A stretch of DNA of 64,000 nucleotides, taken from Podarcis liolepis. Its lineage: Eukaryota. Location: the NCBI GenBank assembly GCA_965112155.1, contig OZ218098.1, one strand, 5' to 3'. Positions 12,702 through 24,424 of the stretch are shown in pieces (the first letter of the stretch is position 1; each line of letters starts with the position of its first letter). Both the position numbers and the translations under genes were made by a program. The notes beneath the pieces are model-generated. The model was not told the DNA's origin. It did no database searches and was given only the letters and a program-made list of their open reading frames with translations.

Positions 12702-14275
12702 CTAGAAGAAAAACCAACAAGGAATAAGTGAGGCAGCAATAAGGCAAGGGGTTTGCTGGGTGGGCGGGCTGCAACGGTGGTCCCCCTCACTCCCCAATCT
12801 CAGCAGCTCCATTTTTGTCAGCTGCACAGCAGCTTTGCTGTTTCCCTTTGAAACAGCAAGGAGGGAAGGAGGCTCCCAGAGGCTGTTCAGCTTGAGGAGT
12901 CGAGAATTGCCAAGTTCTTGGGCACTTTGGTGAGGACCCTTGTTAAAATATCCTAGAGGTGGAGGTTTGTATTCAGATATATCCAAGCCAGAAAGTTCCC
13001 TCCCCATTCGCCTCTGCAATCCCCTCTGGGCCTCCATCAATTCCATCTCAGAGATATACAGTAGCTGGATAGGGCACCTGGGGCTTCTCCAATAGAGGGA
13101 GAAGCAATGGAATTAATTGAATTAAGCTAAATCAGGGTGGAAAACCTTTCTCGGCTCAAGAGCAACATTCCTACCCAGGGCCAGAAACGACTCCTACCTT
13201 TGCACTGTAAACTACATTTCAGAGGTTGTTATAATGCCCCCTGCCCTCTCTAGCCAGGCATCACACTTCAAGGGCACATTCCGGTCAGGAAAGAGCACCT
13301 GAGGAAGGTGTGGATCAGGCCTGGATAAGGGCTGCGGCCAGGGGAAGGAGGAAGGTGTGTGTGGCTAGGACAGAGAGCTCTGAGGAGACGGGATACGCTG
13401 GGGCAAGAGTTCCCCCAGCACTGAGAAAAAGGCAGAGTTCAGCAGTGAGTGCAGCCCAATGCAGGAACAGGCTGGAGAGACGGAGCCCCCTTCCTTCAGT
13501 TCAGACCATTTCAACTTTCTCCTACATACCAAGAAAGAGTTTTTCCCCCAGAACATCTCTTTCTATCTCCAGAATCTACAGATCTGCAAATCTGCTCTCT
13601 TTGCACGATGTTTACAAACTGTGCTTTTTCCCGGTTTGGGGGCTGGACAGTGCTCACCAAAGACAACTTTCCCACAACTGGGAAAGAAACAGGAGCATGG
13701 AAAGCTGTCTTGAGGATGCTGGGAGGTCTGAAAAACAGGCCACCCACTTGGGCTTTTGCCGTTAAAGTAGCACAGGTTCGTGGTTTTGAGCAGCCACAAA
13801 AATGTGGCATGTGCACTGCCTCTTGTGTCCTCCCTGCCCAGGTGATATTCCTCTGGCCCAGCAAGTGGTACTTGGCTCCGGCTGTCATAGAGTTCTGGTC
13901 TAGAATATAAACTCCTCAGGAAACAGAATCCACTACTACTATTGTAATAAGCACATTTCAGTATTTTTTTTTTAACTGTGGCTCTTAAAACATTCAATAT
14001 ATTATATTTTACAACTGTTTTATATCTATCTGACACTTTGTGAATCTTTATATTTGGTGCATGTTGCTGGAGGGGTGTTTTTAATGAAGGTTGCTACCTC
14101 CCAGGAGCCCAAGAGGAAAGGACAAGTCATTAATCTAAAACTTTAAAATATAAGTCACAATGAATCTCCTATATTTATGGGCACAGCTGTGGCTTCTAGG
14201 CACTGCTGAAATTCATATAACATGAACAATGAGGTCCTGCCTGTGATAGCACAGTGCCCTCTGGCCAATACATAC

Positions 14276-15731
14276 CCTTGCTTTTCTTATCTGCCTCCGG
14301 CTGGACAGTCAAAGTATTGCCTTTCATCTCCTCCTCCAGCTCAGCAAGCCTCCTATGTGCTGCAGGCTTCTGGCCCTTGATTCGGAGGCTGTACTGGCGG
14401 GCCAGCTGGTAGACCTTGTTCTTCACCTTCTCCGCCAGCTCTGCCTCCGTCAGGTGGGCCAGCTGCATTATCCGGGGGTGCAAGCGGGGGAGATACCGAT
14501 CTTGCTCAGAGCCCCCCAGCTCATGGGCCAGCTTCCAGGGCTTCCTAGAAGGCGCAGCCCGCTCCACAGGAGACTTGCTCTCAGGCGAGGGCACCGCCGA
14601 CTCCTCTGTGATGGCCCCAAGATCCTCGTCCTCCAGGATGAGCAGCGGCTCATGGAGGTCAAAGCCGTTCTCCTGGCCACGAAGCCTCTCCGCGTGCTGC
14701 AGAGAGGAGCCCCCAGCCACCTGACCATTCGCCGTGCCTGGCCGAGTGACACCTTCAGGCCTCCTACTCCGGCCCTCTCCGCTTGGCTTCTCCATCTCCT
14801 CCCAGATTTTAATCATCTCAGCCGGCGGCCTGAATTCTGCTTCGGTGATGGGCAGGGGGCTTCCAGCAGAGGCTGCCTCGGAGCGGGGGGCCTGTAGCCC
14901 AGCCCCGGGCCTGTTTGACAACACCCAGGCTGCTGTGGGGCCAGCCCCACCACTGGCAGGGCCCCCCGGCCTCTTGTGCTTCAGCCCCTCCTGCTCGGGC
15001 TCTGGCTGGGGAAGGCTGTTGATCCTGAAGACGGAATTCCTCACCATCCCTTTGGGGATGTAGGACAGGCTCTCCCGCCGCCTGACGCTGAAGCCGGCAT
15101 CCTGGTGCTCCGCGTAATCATAGTAGTTCTTGATCTTGTCTAGCAGCAGCCGGTCCTGATGGGAGAGCATGGACTCCTTCCTCTTGCAGGAGGCATGGTC
15201 CGTCTCAAGCAGCCCAGGAGAGGCAGCCCCGCTGCAGGCACTGCTGGGCTCACCTGGGGGCTCTTGTGGCAGGGAGTCTGTGGTGCTGTTCGTGCGACAT
15301 CCGGCCTTCTCGCTGCCGTCCAGGCTCAAGACGCTGCCGCTGCGGCTAGCCTGCTTTGGAGTCAGGTGGCCCTTGCCCTCCTCGAGTGCCAGGCTGCTGC
15401 GGCGAGAGAGGCTGCTGGCAAAGCGCTCTGCAATGACGCTGGCTTGATCCAGCACAGAGAAAGGGAGGATGCTTCTGGTCTGGGGTGCACGTCTGTCCTC
15501 CTCCTCTTCCTCCTCTTCTTCCTCCTCCTCCTCGCTACTAAGCGGCTTCAGTTCAGTATGTTCAGTGGGCTCCAGGCCATCTGAACGCTGTTGATTCAGG
15601 GTCCCCCACTGGCCTGCCAGGACTGGCTCCAGGTTGCCCACCGACTCGGGGTCTGAAGGACCCTCTTCCAGGTACTCTTCCTTAAGGGGAGAAGCTTCTA
15701 AGACCATGCTGAGTTCGATGGCTGATCGCGC
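14276..15731 (-). CDS. PLEKHG3: PLEKHG3 large penultimate exon
   Basis: Acceptor tcctcttcctag|GCG; contains SVLDQASVIAERF, DRLLLDKIKNYY, RRRESLSYIPKG, KNKVYQLARQYSLRIK; donor G|GTATGT, phase 0-1. Confidence 0.94.
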
Positions 15732-16109
15732 CTAGGAAGAGGAGGAAAGTTTTGCACACTTAACGCACAACCCAAAAAATGGTGGTCTTGCAGATAAACA
15801 GTTTAAGGGCTGAGTTAATAGTCACTACTCAAATGCAACCAACTCTTGAGCCCAGCAAATATGTTGGCTTCTAAGGCAGGGAACCCACCAACCACTAAGC
15901 TGACTCAACAGCAGACAGAAATATTGCTCGTTTTTATGTCGTATCTTCTGGGGACAATGTGGAGCATCCATTGGAAAAGACTATGGCATAGAATACTCAG
16001 TATGGGAACTGAGTCTGGGAAGTGGAATGTCCAGGAGCCTTTGGCTATTTTTAGTGTTAAGGGCCAACAGTTTCCTTGTCTCAAAATTGGCACGAGCAGA
16101 AATTCCATT

Positions 16110-16285
16110 CTCCCCAAGGAATGTAAGAAGCTGCCTAGCAGAGCAGACAGTCCTGACCTGGATGGACCTGTGATCTCCCTGGTTGAGGTTCTCCAGGGTT
16201 TCAGAAGGGACATCCCCAGCCCTCTCTGGAGATGCCAGAGACTGAACCTGGGAGCTCTACCCACTGAGCAATGGCACTTCCCCAA
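16110..16285 (-). mobile_element. Squamate tRNA-derived SINE remnant (Squam3-like)
   Basis: ctggagatgccagagactgaacctggga...ccactgagc is the reverse complement of a tRNA-like head; similar to 29980-30153. Confidence 0.55.
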
Positions 16286-16309
16286 ACAGCACCTCCACCA
16301 ACCACTCAC

Positions 16310-16411
16310 CTTTGGGACAGATGAGACATTATCCCCGGTCCTGTTTTTCTCACCACTGCTGCCTGGCGACTGGTATTGCTTGGGCCCTTCCTGTGCCTTG
16401 TGGCTCTTGGC
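16310..16411 (-). CDS. PLEKHG3: PLEKHG3 exon
   Basis: Acceptor ttttggttcag|, AKSHKAQEGPK...DNVSSVPK, donor AAG|GTGAGT; 102 nt, phase 0-0; positional match to a divergent mammalian exon. Confidence 0.75.
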
Positions 16412-17302
16412 CTGAACCAAAACAAAAGCATTAGAGAGTTGAGTACATGCTTCTGGGAAGAAGCCATTGGACAAGAGCAGCCAAACATCCCTAGCCATTG
16501 TTATTTGTCATTCTGAAAAACCATATGACTTTACAGAGGAAGTCAGATCATAGCTTGTCCCAGATAGCTAAAATGCATTACGTGCCAACGCAGGTCCAAG
16601 TCCAATATTCTAGCCATTGGATGCAGCAACAAAAACCACCTGATGTTGCATCCATCAGCCTTGCAAGCAGCAGGTGAACGCAAGTGCTGGTGGCTCTGTT
16701 TCACTTGCTGCCCTGGCACCGAGGAGCCTTGCAGTTGCTTAAGCCAGTCCCAATTTCATCCAGAAACACAACTTTCCAGAGCAGACTCTCTACACGTCTT
16801 GCAGCACTTTGGTGTGGCCGGTGGAGTGCACTAGTTAAAAACTACAGGCTGATAAACTATCTGGAAGGTGCACAGTTAGTGCTGGATCCAGGGACGGTCC
16901 AATAGCACAGGCAACAGGACTTGGAAGAGGATCCTGCTTAACGTTAGCTTTGTCTCATTATCAAGCTGCTAACGTGGAAGAACCTTCCTGGCAAGAGGAC
17001 AGGGAACGGCAGGAAAAGGACCTCCCACAGATACAGAGATGGTAAGACTCAAAGAGCCTCTTTTGTTATCAAGCCACAAATCTTGTTAGCCCCCGTGAAG
17101 GACTGCACAAAAGCACCAAGTCAGTCAGTAGTATCACCGAAGGGTTAAAACAGCTGCCAAAGAAATCACACGGGAACCTCTGGGGCTGTCCCACATCTGA
17201 TTAACGGGAAGATGGCACAGAAGGAACGGAGGGCAGCCGCGAGCCATGCAGCAAGCCAGCATGCAGGAGGGAGACGCAGCAGGGGTTGAACAGGCACCTC
17301 AC

Positions 17303-17605
17303 CGTGCTGCCCCAGGAGAAAAGCAAAGCGTTGGCCCGATAGTGCCAGCAGTGGAGGACGGCCATCAAGGAGCTTGCAAAGTCTGCCACCTGCTCCGTTC
17401 CTACCAGCCTCTCCTCCTCTTCCTCTTCCTCCTCCTCTTCGTCTTCTTCCTCCGGCCCCATATCCTTCTCGCTGCCATCGCTTTCAGCCAACTCTTCCAG
17501 AGATTCCTGGGGAAGGGCCTGCCGATCCTGCTGCTGCTGCGGCAAGCTGTTGGTGGGGTGCGAGGGCTCCCCAAACTCCAAAAGGGCTCCGTCACTGCCT
17601 GCATG
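17303..17605 (-). CDS. PLEKHG3: PLEKHG3 acidic exon (possible alternative donor at 17390)
   Basis: Acceptor cacttcacgtag|, HAGSDGALLEFG...poly-E...EQVADFASSLMAVLHCWHYRANALLFSWGST, donor ACG|GTGAGG. Confidence 0.9.
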
Positions 17606-17996
17606 CTACGTGAAGTGAGGGCAAGCAGGGGCTTTTAGAAAGGCCCCAGTGCTGGGGCACCAACAGGGACACCGCTTAGGGTGCCCTTTCCTTAACCTGC
17701 GCTCGATCGCTGCCTGCTCAACATGAGAGCAGAAGCACACAGCTTAGCGCTGTGAGAAGCTTACTGGCCACCCTATGGGAGATGGCAGTGGTCAGAGGGA
17801 AATGTCAATTTGTTATTAAAATGAATAATGGCCCCTGCACCAACATTTACCCCAGAGCAGTTTACCTTTAAGGTGGCGTTTTGGTAAGGGACCCAAAGCC
17901 CATCGCATGTCACCCAAGACTTTAATTTCCTTAGGAAGGGAAGACCCTTCTTCTTTTCCCTCATTTATTTTGTCTTCTAGAATTTCTGTCTCTTAC

Positions 17997-18004
17997 CTTT
18001 AGTC
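17997..18004 (-). CDS. PLEKHG3: PLEKHG3 candidate 8-nt microexon, (G)LK
   Basis: Long pyrimidine tract, aatag|GACTAAAG|gtaaga; provides the phase 1-to-0 bridge needed between 18653 and 17605 and gives GLK-HAGS, like recalled mammalian GMK-HAGS. Confidence 0.6.
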
Positions 18005-18652
18005 CTATTGCCAGATTTGCAGCACAGGAAGAAGGAGGGGGAAAAAAGAAGCCATTAGGGAAAAGGTGGGGTCTTGTTTCCCTGCCCAGGTAGTCTTCCT
18101 CCCTATTTCCCAATCTCCATTTCAGGCACACTCTTACTCTATATAAGCAGCAGACACAGCAAACATGCTGGCAGAGAGCCATTTTTACATCACTTATATC
18201 TTACTACAGTCCCTTCCAGCGGCTGTGGGTCCCCTGAGAAGGCAGCGGGTCAGCCACAAGGCAACAGGAAGAAGTCACTGCTGAAGGAGTGACTGAGTAA
18301 AGGAACAATTCAGGCTCACACACTTTGAGCAGGGGAGGGGAAACGGCAACCCTTCGCCAGCCTTGCTCTCTGGGGCTGGTGGGAGTCCAGTCCAACAACA
18401 TCTGGAGGGCTCCAGGTTCCCCCATCCCTGCCTTTCAGCATCTAAGGTGCCTTGTTTAGCATTACAGAATTGCCCTGTGCTCAAAACTGCTAGCTGTAAT
18501 AAACCTGAGAGGAGTGCCCATTGGCATAAGGACAGGCACCTGTCAAATCCCACCCACACTGGTCAAGTAAACCTGGGACAGGGAAATCTGGTCAGTACAG
18601 AGCTTCTTCCACCTAGGCTGGGGGGATGTGGGAAAGGGGGACATCCACTCAC

Positions 18653-18691
18653 CTCTGTTGCTCAGTTGCTTGAGAATCTGTTTTGTTGGTT
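18653..18691 (-). CDS. PLEKHG3: PLEKHG3 small exon
   Basis: Acceptor ctttcattgcag|, (E)PTKQILKQLSNR, donor G|GTGAGT; matches recalled EPTKHLLRQLNEK. Confidence 0.88.
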
Positions 18692-18924
18692 CTGCAATGA
18701 AAGGAAAGTTTGCGAGATGAGTTCTTGAAATGCTGGTTCAGAGCCCAGAAATACCAGAAAGAGGTGGGGAGAACCCCGGCACCAGCCTCAGCCCGCCACC
18801 TCTGCCCCCTCCAGAAGGAAACACCTTGAAGCATCTGAGTGAAGTGCAGAACAGCACTAGCCTCCTCTGTGCAGTGCAGAACAAGCCTCTCAGAGAACAG
18901 CATCACCAGGCTTTCATCTGTCAA

Positions 18925-19266
18925 GGACCACCTAATCCCTACATCCCTGCCCAATCACAGGCCTTCAGGGGAGTAGTTCTCCATGGCTCAGACGTATGGC
19001 TCTTATCCACAAAGAGCAGTGTGTTCAGTATTGTGGACCCAATTTTATGGAATGCCCTTCCAGTTGACGTCAGACCGGACCCCTCCCTGTTGGACTTCCA
19101 GTGCCTACAGATGACTTTTTAAATTATTATTCCAACAGGCGCTTTTGGAAGTTTGATTTTCTAGTTTTAACCAGGTTTTACCTTTTCTGTATCCTGTTCC
19201 TTGCACACTGCTTAAAGACTATTGTAGTTAAGCGGTATATAAATTGTTTAAATTTAAATAAATAAA
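18925..19266 (+). mobile_element. Old L2 LINE 3' fragment
   Basis: Encodes ...VFSIVDPILWNALPVDVR..., related to the L2 C-terminal motif; ends in aagcggtatataaat...aaataaataaa. Confidence 0.6.
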
Positions 19267-19689
19267 TCTGTGCTTGCAAGCCACCAAGATTGAATGAACT
19301 AGGAGGCCAAATAAACCAGCAGATTTTTAAAAAGTGAAACCTGTCTCTCACCCACTCTTCTACAGAAGGGGCTGTGTATACTCCAGCAGCAAATAAAAAT
19401 AAAAATCCAGACTCTGCTGCCCAGAATCAGACACCTCCCCCTGCAAACTCAGCAGTTTCTTATTATGCAGGATTTATTCCACTTTGACAATCCAAGTTGG
19501 ACTGCAGGGAGCAACAAATAAGATGAAAGGAGGCCAAAAACCCAGGCAGGAAACAGGGTGTCCCGCTTTCCAGGTGCCTGAAGCCCTGTTCGCCCTTCTG
19601 AGGCTTCTGTGATTTTGAAAGACATTTTCCACATCTTTTCAGAAGCCACAAGAACTTCACATTTACTGTGTCTGGTGCTATTGCATTTC

Positions 19690-19993
19690 AAATGGGGAAC
19701 TTCAGGGTCAGGGGCCCAAATGCAGCCCTCTAGGCCTATCTGAACCTCCAGTCTCTCTCCAGGCCTCATCTTTCAACAGTCTTGCTTTGACCCTCCCTTG
19801 AGTGTTTTTGCCTGGCTGGAATGTGTCCTTGAACCACGCTAATGCCCCTTACTTGCCTGGAGTGTGTCAAAACTGGCCTACTGTACAAATGTAACCTTCA
19901 GCCATTGCTCCGCCCACTTTTGCCTCTGGCCCTGCCCACCAATGACATGCGGCCCCTGGAAGATTGTCCGAAAGTGAATGCAGCCCCTGAGCT
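19690..19993. mobile_element. Non-autonomous DNA transposon remnant (hAT/Charlie-like)
   Basis: Degenerate termini caaatggggaac / gtttcccacccctg with subterminal g(c)ggccc repeats. Confidence 0.45.
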
Positions 19994-20555
19994 AAAAGGG
20001 TTTCCCACCCCTGATTTAACATGCACTAATGCAGAATTAATCTAAATAAGCAACTACGAAGAGGGAATGATGTTGGGTAACATATGGGTGTGTTCAGATT
20101 TTTGAATATTGAGTTGACTGTATACTGTAATTAGTATTCTTTTGACACGTGTGCAAATTAATCAAATTATTGTTCTCCTTGTAGAACATGATTTATTTTC
20201 TATGCTGACTTCGTTAAATGAAATTACCTATGTAGTTTCTATAATTAGTAGTATAGTTGATAAAAGAAAAAGAGAGGAGGAAAAAATGGGATTCTCACAA
20301 TTCTGTGTCAGATACCAATTTGTGAACGCATGGAATAAACACAGCCCTGCCTATAGAGCTTAAAAGCCAACATCATCTATTATGTTTGCTGGAGACTGAG
20401 AGGCATGTTCAGCCAGCATCGTGTCCAGGAGGCAAAGCCCATAAGCTACTCCGCAGTAAGGTTTGACCCAAAGAGCTCCACTTGCTTTCTCCCAGCCCCC
20501 AACACCAGATGGCAGAGCCCCTTCGTGCCACATGCTAAATCAGTGGAGCCCGCAC

Positions 20556-20627
20556 CAGATTTCCTGCGGCCTTTACGCTCGAGTCCATCTAGGAGCCTCT
20601 CAGCAGTGTTTTTGCCACGGAAAGGCT
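20556..20627 (-). CDS. PLEKHG3: PLEKHG3 probable cassette exon
   Basis: Acceptor tatcctatccttag|, (E)PFRGKNTAERLLDGLERKGRRKS, donor G|GTGCGG; 72 nt, symmetric phase 1-1. Confidence 0.7.
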
Positions 20628-20958
20628 CTAAGGATAGGATATAAGATACCTGTTAGAGTCAATACCATTCTGCTGTGTTACTAAAGCCCTGCCTTGCTGG
20701 GGCCTGCACCACACTAGGGATGCTGTGACTCAGTACAGCGGTGCACCTGGACCAGCGTCAGCCGTCGGCATCCTCGGGCAGCTGTGGAGGATCCATCTGC
20801 TGTCCCAGATTCCCTTGTTTGCCACTTTGATGAACACAATGCTGAATTGCCCACAATGCCCCAGAACAATGTACTGGGGGCAAGTACAATGGCAACGGCT
20901 TGGTACCCAGAGAGGTGCTGCTACCACTGCCCTTGCCTTCCTCCTTTGGTAAGCATAC

Positions 20959-21003
20959 TTGCCCGCCTCATGTCCATTGGAAACAGAGGAGGAGGTGGTG
21001 ATG
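20959..21003 (-). CDS. PLEKHG3: PLEKHG3 possible cassette exon
   Basis: Acceptor ttcttctctcctag|, (A)SPPPPLFPMDMRRA, donor A|GTATGC; 45 nt, phase 1-1; no homology recognised. Confidence 0.35.
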
Positions 21004-23228
21004 CTAGGAGAGAAGAACTGCCTGCTGCTGGGGGGTGGGGGGAGCATAAGACGAACCTATGCTGTATGGTCCTATACTGCTGCCAGTTGCAGTGTGAACT
21101 AGATTATTTGTAGGGTCTCCTTCCAACTCTCTGGGCCATTCTAGATTATTTTCAGGGCACAAAGAGCATGTTGTTTTGACACTCTTGTTGCAGGCATAAA
21201 TATTACGTTACTCAGAGCAGACCTGATGAAATTAATGAACACGACTACATTTCGATAATACCACCCAATAGCTATTTAAGAGGCCCATTTTCTCAACACT
21301 CCTGGATAAAACCTTTTGACGATCTGCTTTTAACAAGCAGGCGCCCTTCAGAAGTTCCTCTAGTGAGCTCTCTTTTTAGAAGCTGTCTAGGCTTGCAGCA
21401 CCCAAGACTTGAGCTCAGCAGTTCTCTCTTGGCACAGCAAGCAGGAATCAAGCAATGCACACAGGACCTCAGCACACTTTTACACGCCACAAACTCAGCC
21501 CAGCACACAGAGACCCACAGGCATCTACTAGAGTTGTGAGTCGCAAAAGCAGGCCATGATGTGTGTGGTCCCCCCCCCCCAAAAAAAAACCCCTATGCCG
21601 TGTAAGGAGTTGTTGACAGCAAGAGCACCCTTTGTTAGGATAAGAAGCCAAGTAGGAATAAAAGGAATTTGGAACGGCTTCCATGTTTTGCTTTGAAAGT
21701 ACAACACCCAGGAGAGTCAACGAAATGGAACCAGCCTGCCCTGACTTGCACAAGCTTGCCTGACACATTGGTGAAAGGTGGTTGTTCTACACAACAATCT
21801 GAAGAGCAGTCAGAGGGAGCAGTGGGAGAGGGGTCACCAGTTCAGTGAAAGACTTCCCAGTTCAGCTCCCAGCCTGGATTTCAGGTAGAAGGAATGGGAA
21901 AGGCCTCTCTACCTGACACCCTGGGATACTGACTCAGATCAAGGCTGTGGATGGAGGACTAGCCCGGTTGAAGTCTGTCAGCTATGTGTCTTCAAGTCCA
22001 CCTATTCTAGCCTCCTGAATTTGGAAGCAGATTGGCCTGAATGTTGTGAAAGAATGGTAAATACATCTTGAGTGTGGAAATTGCATAGGATAGCATTTGC
22101 CAAACATTTGCCTCCAGATGTTTTTGACTACAATTCCCAGCGAAGACTGCCCTAACAGCAGCACTGATGGATCAGACCAAAAGGCTGAACCAATTCATCA
22201 CCTTGCTGCCAAGAAATAGTCAAGTTGCCATTGCCACAGTTTTCCCACAGTTTAGGCTACTGATGGCAGATGCAAGAGGGACTAGGTGAGGGGAGAGGAC
22301 AAAGTTGTTTACTGGCATGTTCCAACTCTGAATTACCTGTTTCTGAAACAGAGGTTCAAAACAGGAAGGAGAACAGGCTCTAGTACTTACTTGAAACAAG
22401 ACCTCTTTTTAGCTCTATGTGTGTTGTTGAATAGTGTGTTTTTTAAAACAAAAGTTCAATATGGTCTATGGCAACCAAAGTTTCATAGTTTTTATTTTGC
22501 ATTTATGTATGTAAAAATGTATGTGGTATAAATGAGTATTATCCTATGCTTAAGAATCAGTATTTCAATGTCCATTAACTCCATTTATAGCAGGTATAAC
22601 AGATGTTGCTGAACTATAACTCTCAACATCCCTTGCCACCGGCCATGCTTCCTGAGGCTGATGGAAGTTGTAATGCAGCAACATCTGGAGGGCCAAAGCT
22701 TCCCTATACCTGGTCTACAGCTCCTGAAGGGGGAGTATTTCACTCCAAAATGTGTAGAACGAAAATGAAAAAGTATTCTACCAGTAAGCACTGGACCCGT
22801 TCTCCTTTCTTTTTTGATTCTTCATGGTGCTTCCTGTATTGCTGAAGTGAAGGTGACAAGTTCACAGTGACACTGGGAGAAAAATTCCCATAGAACTGTC
22901 CAGAACAAACAAAGGTATGTTCTCTGAACATTGTCTGTGTGTGTTTGTGGTGTGCCAGAGGTCATTAGGCCTTGGCAGAGTAAATGCTCCAGCACCTGTC
23001 AGCTGCACTAAGCTCCAAGGCCAAATATTAATTTCTATCAACAGACTACTGGACAAGCCACTACAGAAAACAAAAACTTCTGCCCTATAGTCAACAGCAA
23101 CAGTACACACAAGGTATGCCATCAGGATACAGTAACAACAGCTACACCTACACACACACACACACACACACCTAAACACACACACACCACTGCTTGGATA
23201 GGTACATCCCTACCCCTGCCCTGTTTAC

Positions 23229-23333
23229 CTGATTGCCGACGCCCCTGCCGGCCATACTGAGGAATGTCTTCTGTAGCTTGGTATGACAAGGACTTCTTCA
23301 GCCTCTCTGGACTGTATTTGTAGCGAGAAGGAT
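23229..23333 (-). CDS. PLEKHG3: PLEKHG3 exon
   Basis: Acceptor cttcctttag|, (Y)PSRYKYSPERLKKS...GRQGRRQS, donor G|GTAAAC. Confidence 0.92.
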
Positions 23334-23791
23334 CTAAAGGAAGCGGCAGGAGTGTTTGAGAACCTGTTAACTGCCCCCACTTGGTATGACCAACCCCCTC
23401 ATGCATGAACCAAGCTAATACCACCTTACCATTCTAATCCCCTGAATATTACATTTAGCAGCAGAGGCTCCAGCAAGCTAGCTCAGGCTCGGTTCGCAAT
23501 CCAAGGAGGTGACAATTATATTAATTACAAGAGACAGAGAATTGGATCATCAATACAGCATTGCATCTCAGAATCACATTCCACTTATTGTTGATTTCTG
23601 TGTTGTGTAATCTTCCTGCAACCAGATGATAGAACCTAACCCCACGAGGCAGAGTACATTCTTAGGCCTGTGTTGGGAAATTCTGACATGTCTGCTGTCT
23701 TGCCCTGCTGAGGACACAGTAAGCAGGAGGAGGGTTTCTAAAAACAAACTACTGGGACAATTATTATTTTTAGAAAATAATGGAAACTTAC

Positions 23792-23825
23792 AGTATGAGT
23801 CCATTTCCAAGATAGCTTCCTTGGC
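23792..23825 (-). CDS. PLEKHG3: PLEKHG3 small exon
   Basis: Acceptor tttccttcag|, AKEAILEMDSY, donor T|GTAAGT. Confidence 0.92.
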
Positions 23826-24337
23826 CTGAAGGAAAGAAGGTATTGGCTTAGCACTAAACTGAAAAGGAAATGGAAATCCAGGATCCTGAAACCTGAGGCA
23901 ATGGGGAGTTCCCACCTCTCTTCCCTCCCCCAAAGAATAGGAAAGGAGAAAGGAGGTTCCCCTCAGTCCCATCATCCCTGGACACTAGGAACAAATTCCA
24001 TCACAACTGTTGCCCCTTTCTCAGTTGGACAAAGGAGCAGACAAAATTCCAAACACCAAACCTCTCATACCCACATTATGGAAGCTCCTAGCTTGATATG
24101 GCTGGGCTTTGTAAGATTCAGTAAAGAGAACCAATCAAGCATACTCAAGAGTAAAGAAAAGGCAAAGATGTATAGAAGAAAGAACACATCCAATAGCACC
24201 CCTCTGATTCAAAAAAGAAAAAGCATTTCTTGAGACATGGCTCAGACTAAGCTTTAAAGAAAGGCAGAGAACTCCATGGGGTCTCCAGCATCCATTCTAC
24301 AGGCATGCGAAGGAGAAGGAGGAGAGCACCCACTTAC

Positions 24338-24424
24338 TTTCTGAGGGATGATGGCGTGGTGGTTTTCCAGAATCAGGCGCTTGATGTGATGAGTCCAAAC
24401 CCGCTTCTCCTCCCCCGATTTGGC
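24338..24424 (-). CDS. PLEKHG3: PLEKHG3 PH-domain exon (C-terminal helix)
   Basis: AKSGEEKRVWTHHIKRLILENHHAIIPQK; ttcccag| and |GTAAGT. Confidence 0.94.

Noticed and set aside
14355-15584. Several + strand ORFs up to 180 aa
   Set aside because: Antisense shadows of the GC-rich PLEKHG3 exon; no independent gene signals.
15846-16498. 189-aa (+) and 197-aa (-) ORFs
   Set aside because: They run across a SINE remnant; only 16310-16411 has splice sites and a positional match.
22780-22842. Purine-rich exon-like stretch on the - strand
   Set aside because: Candidate acceptors give either an in-frame stop or a phase that does not fit the neighbouring exons.
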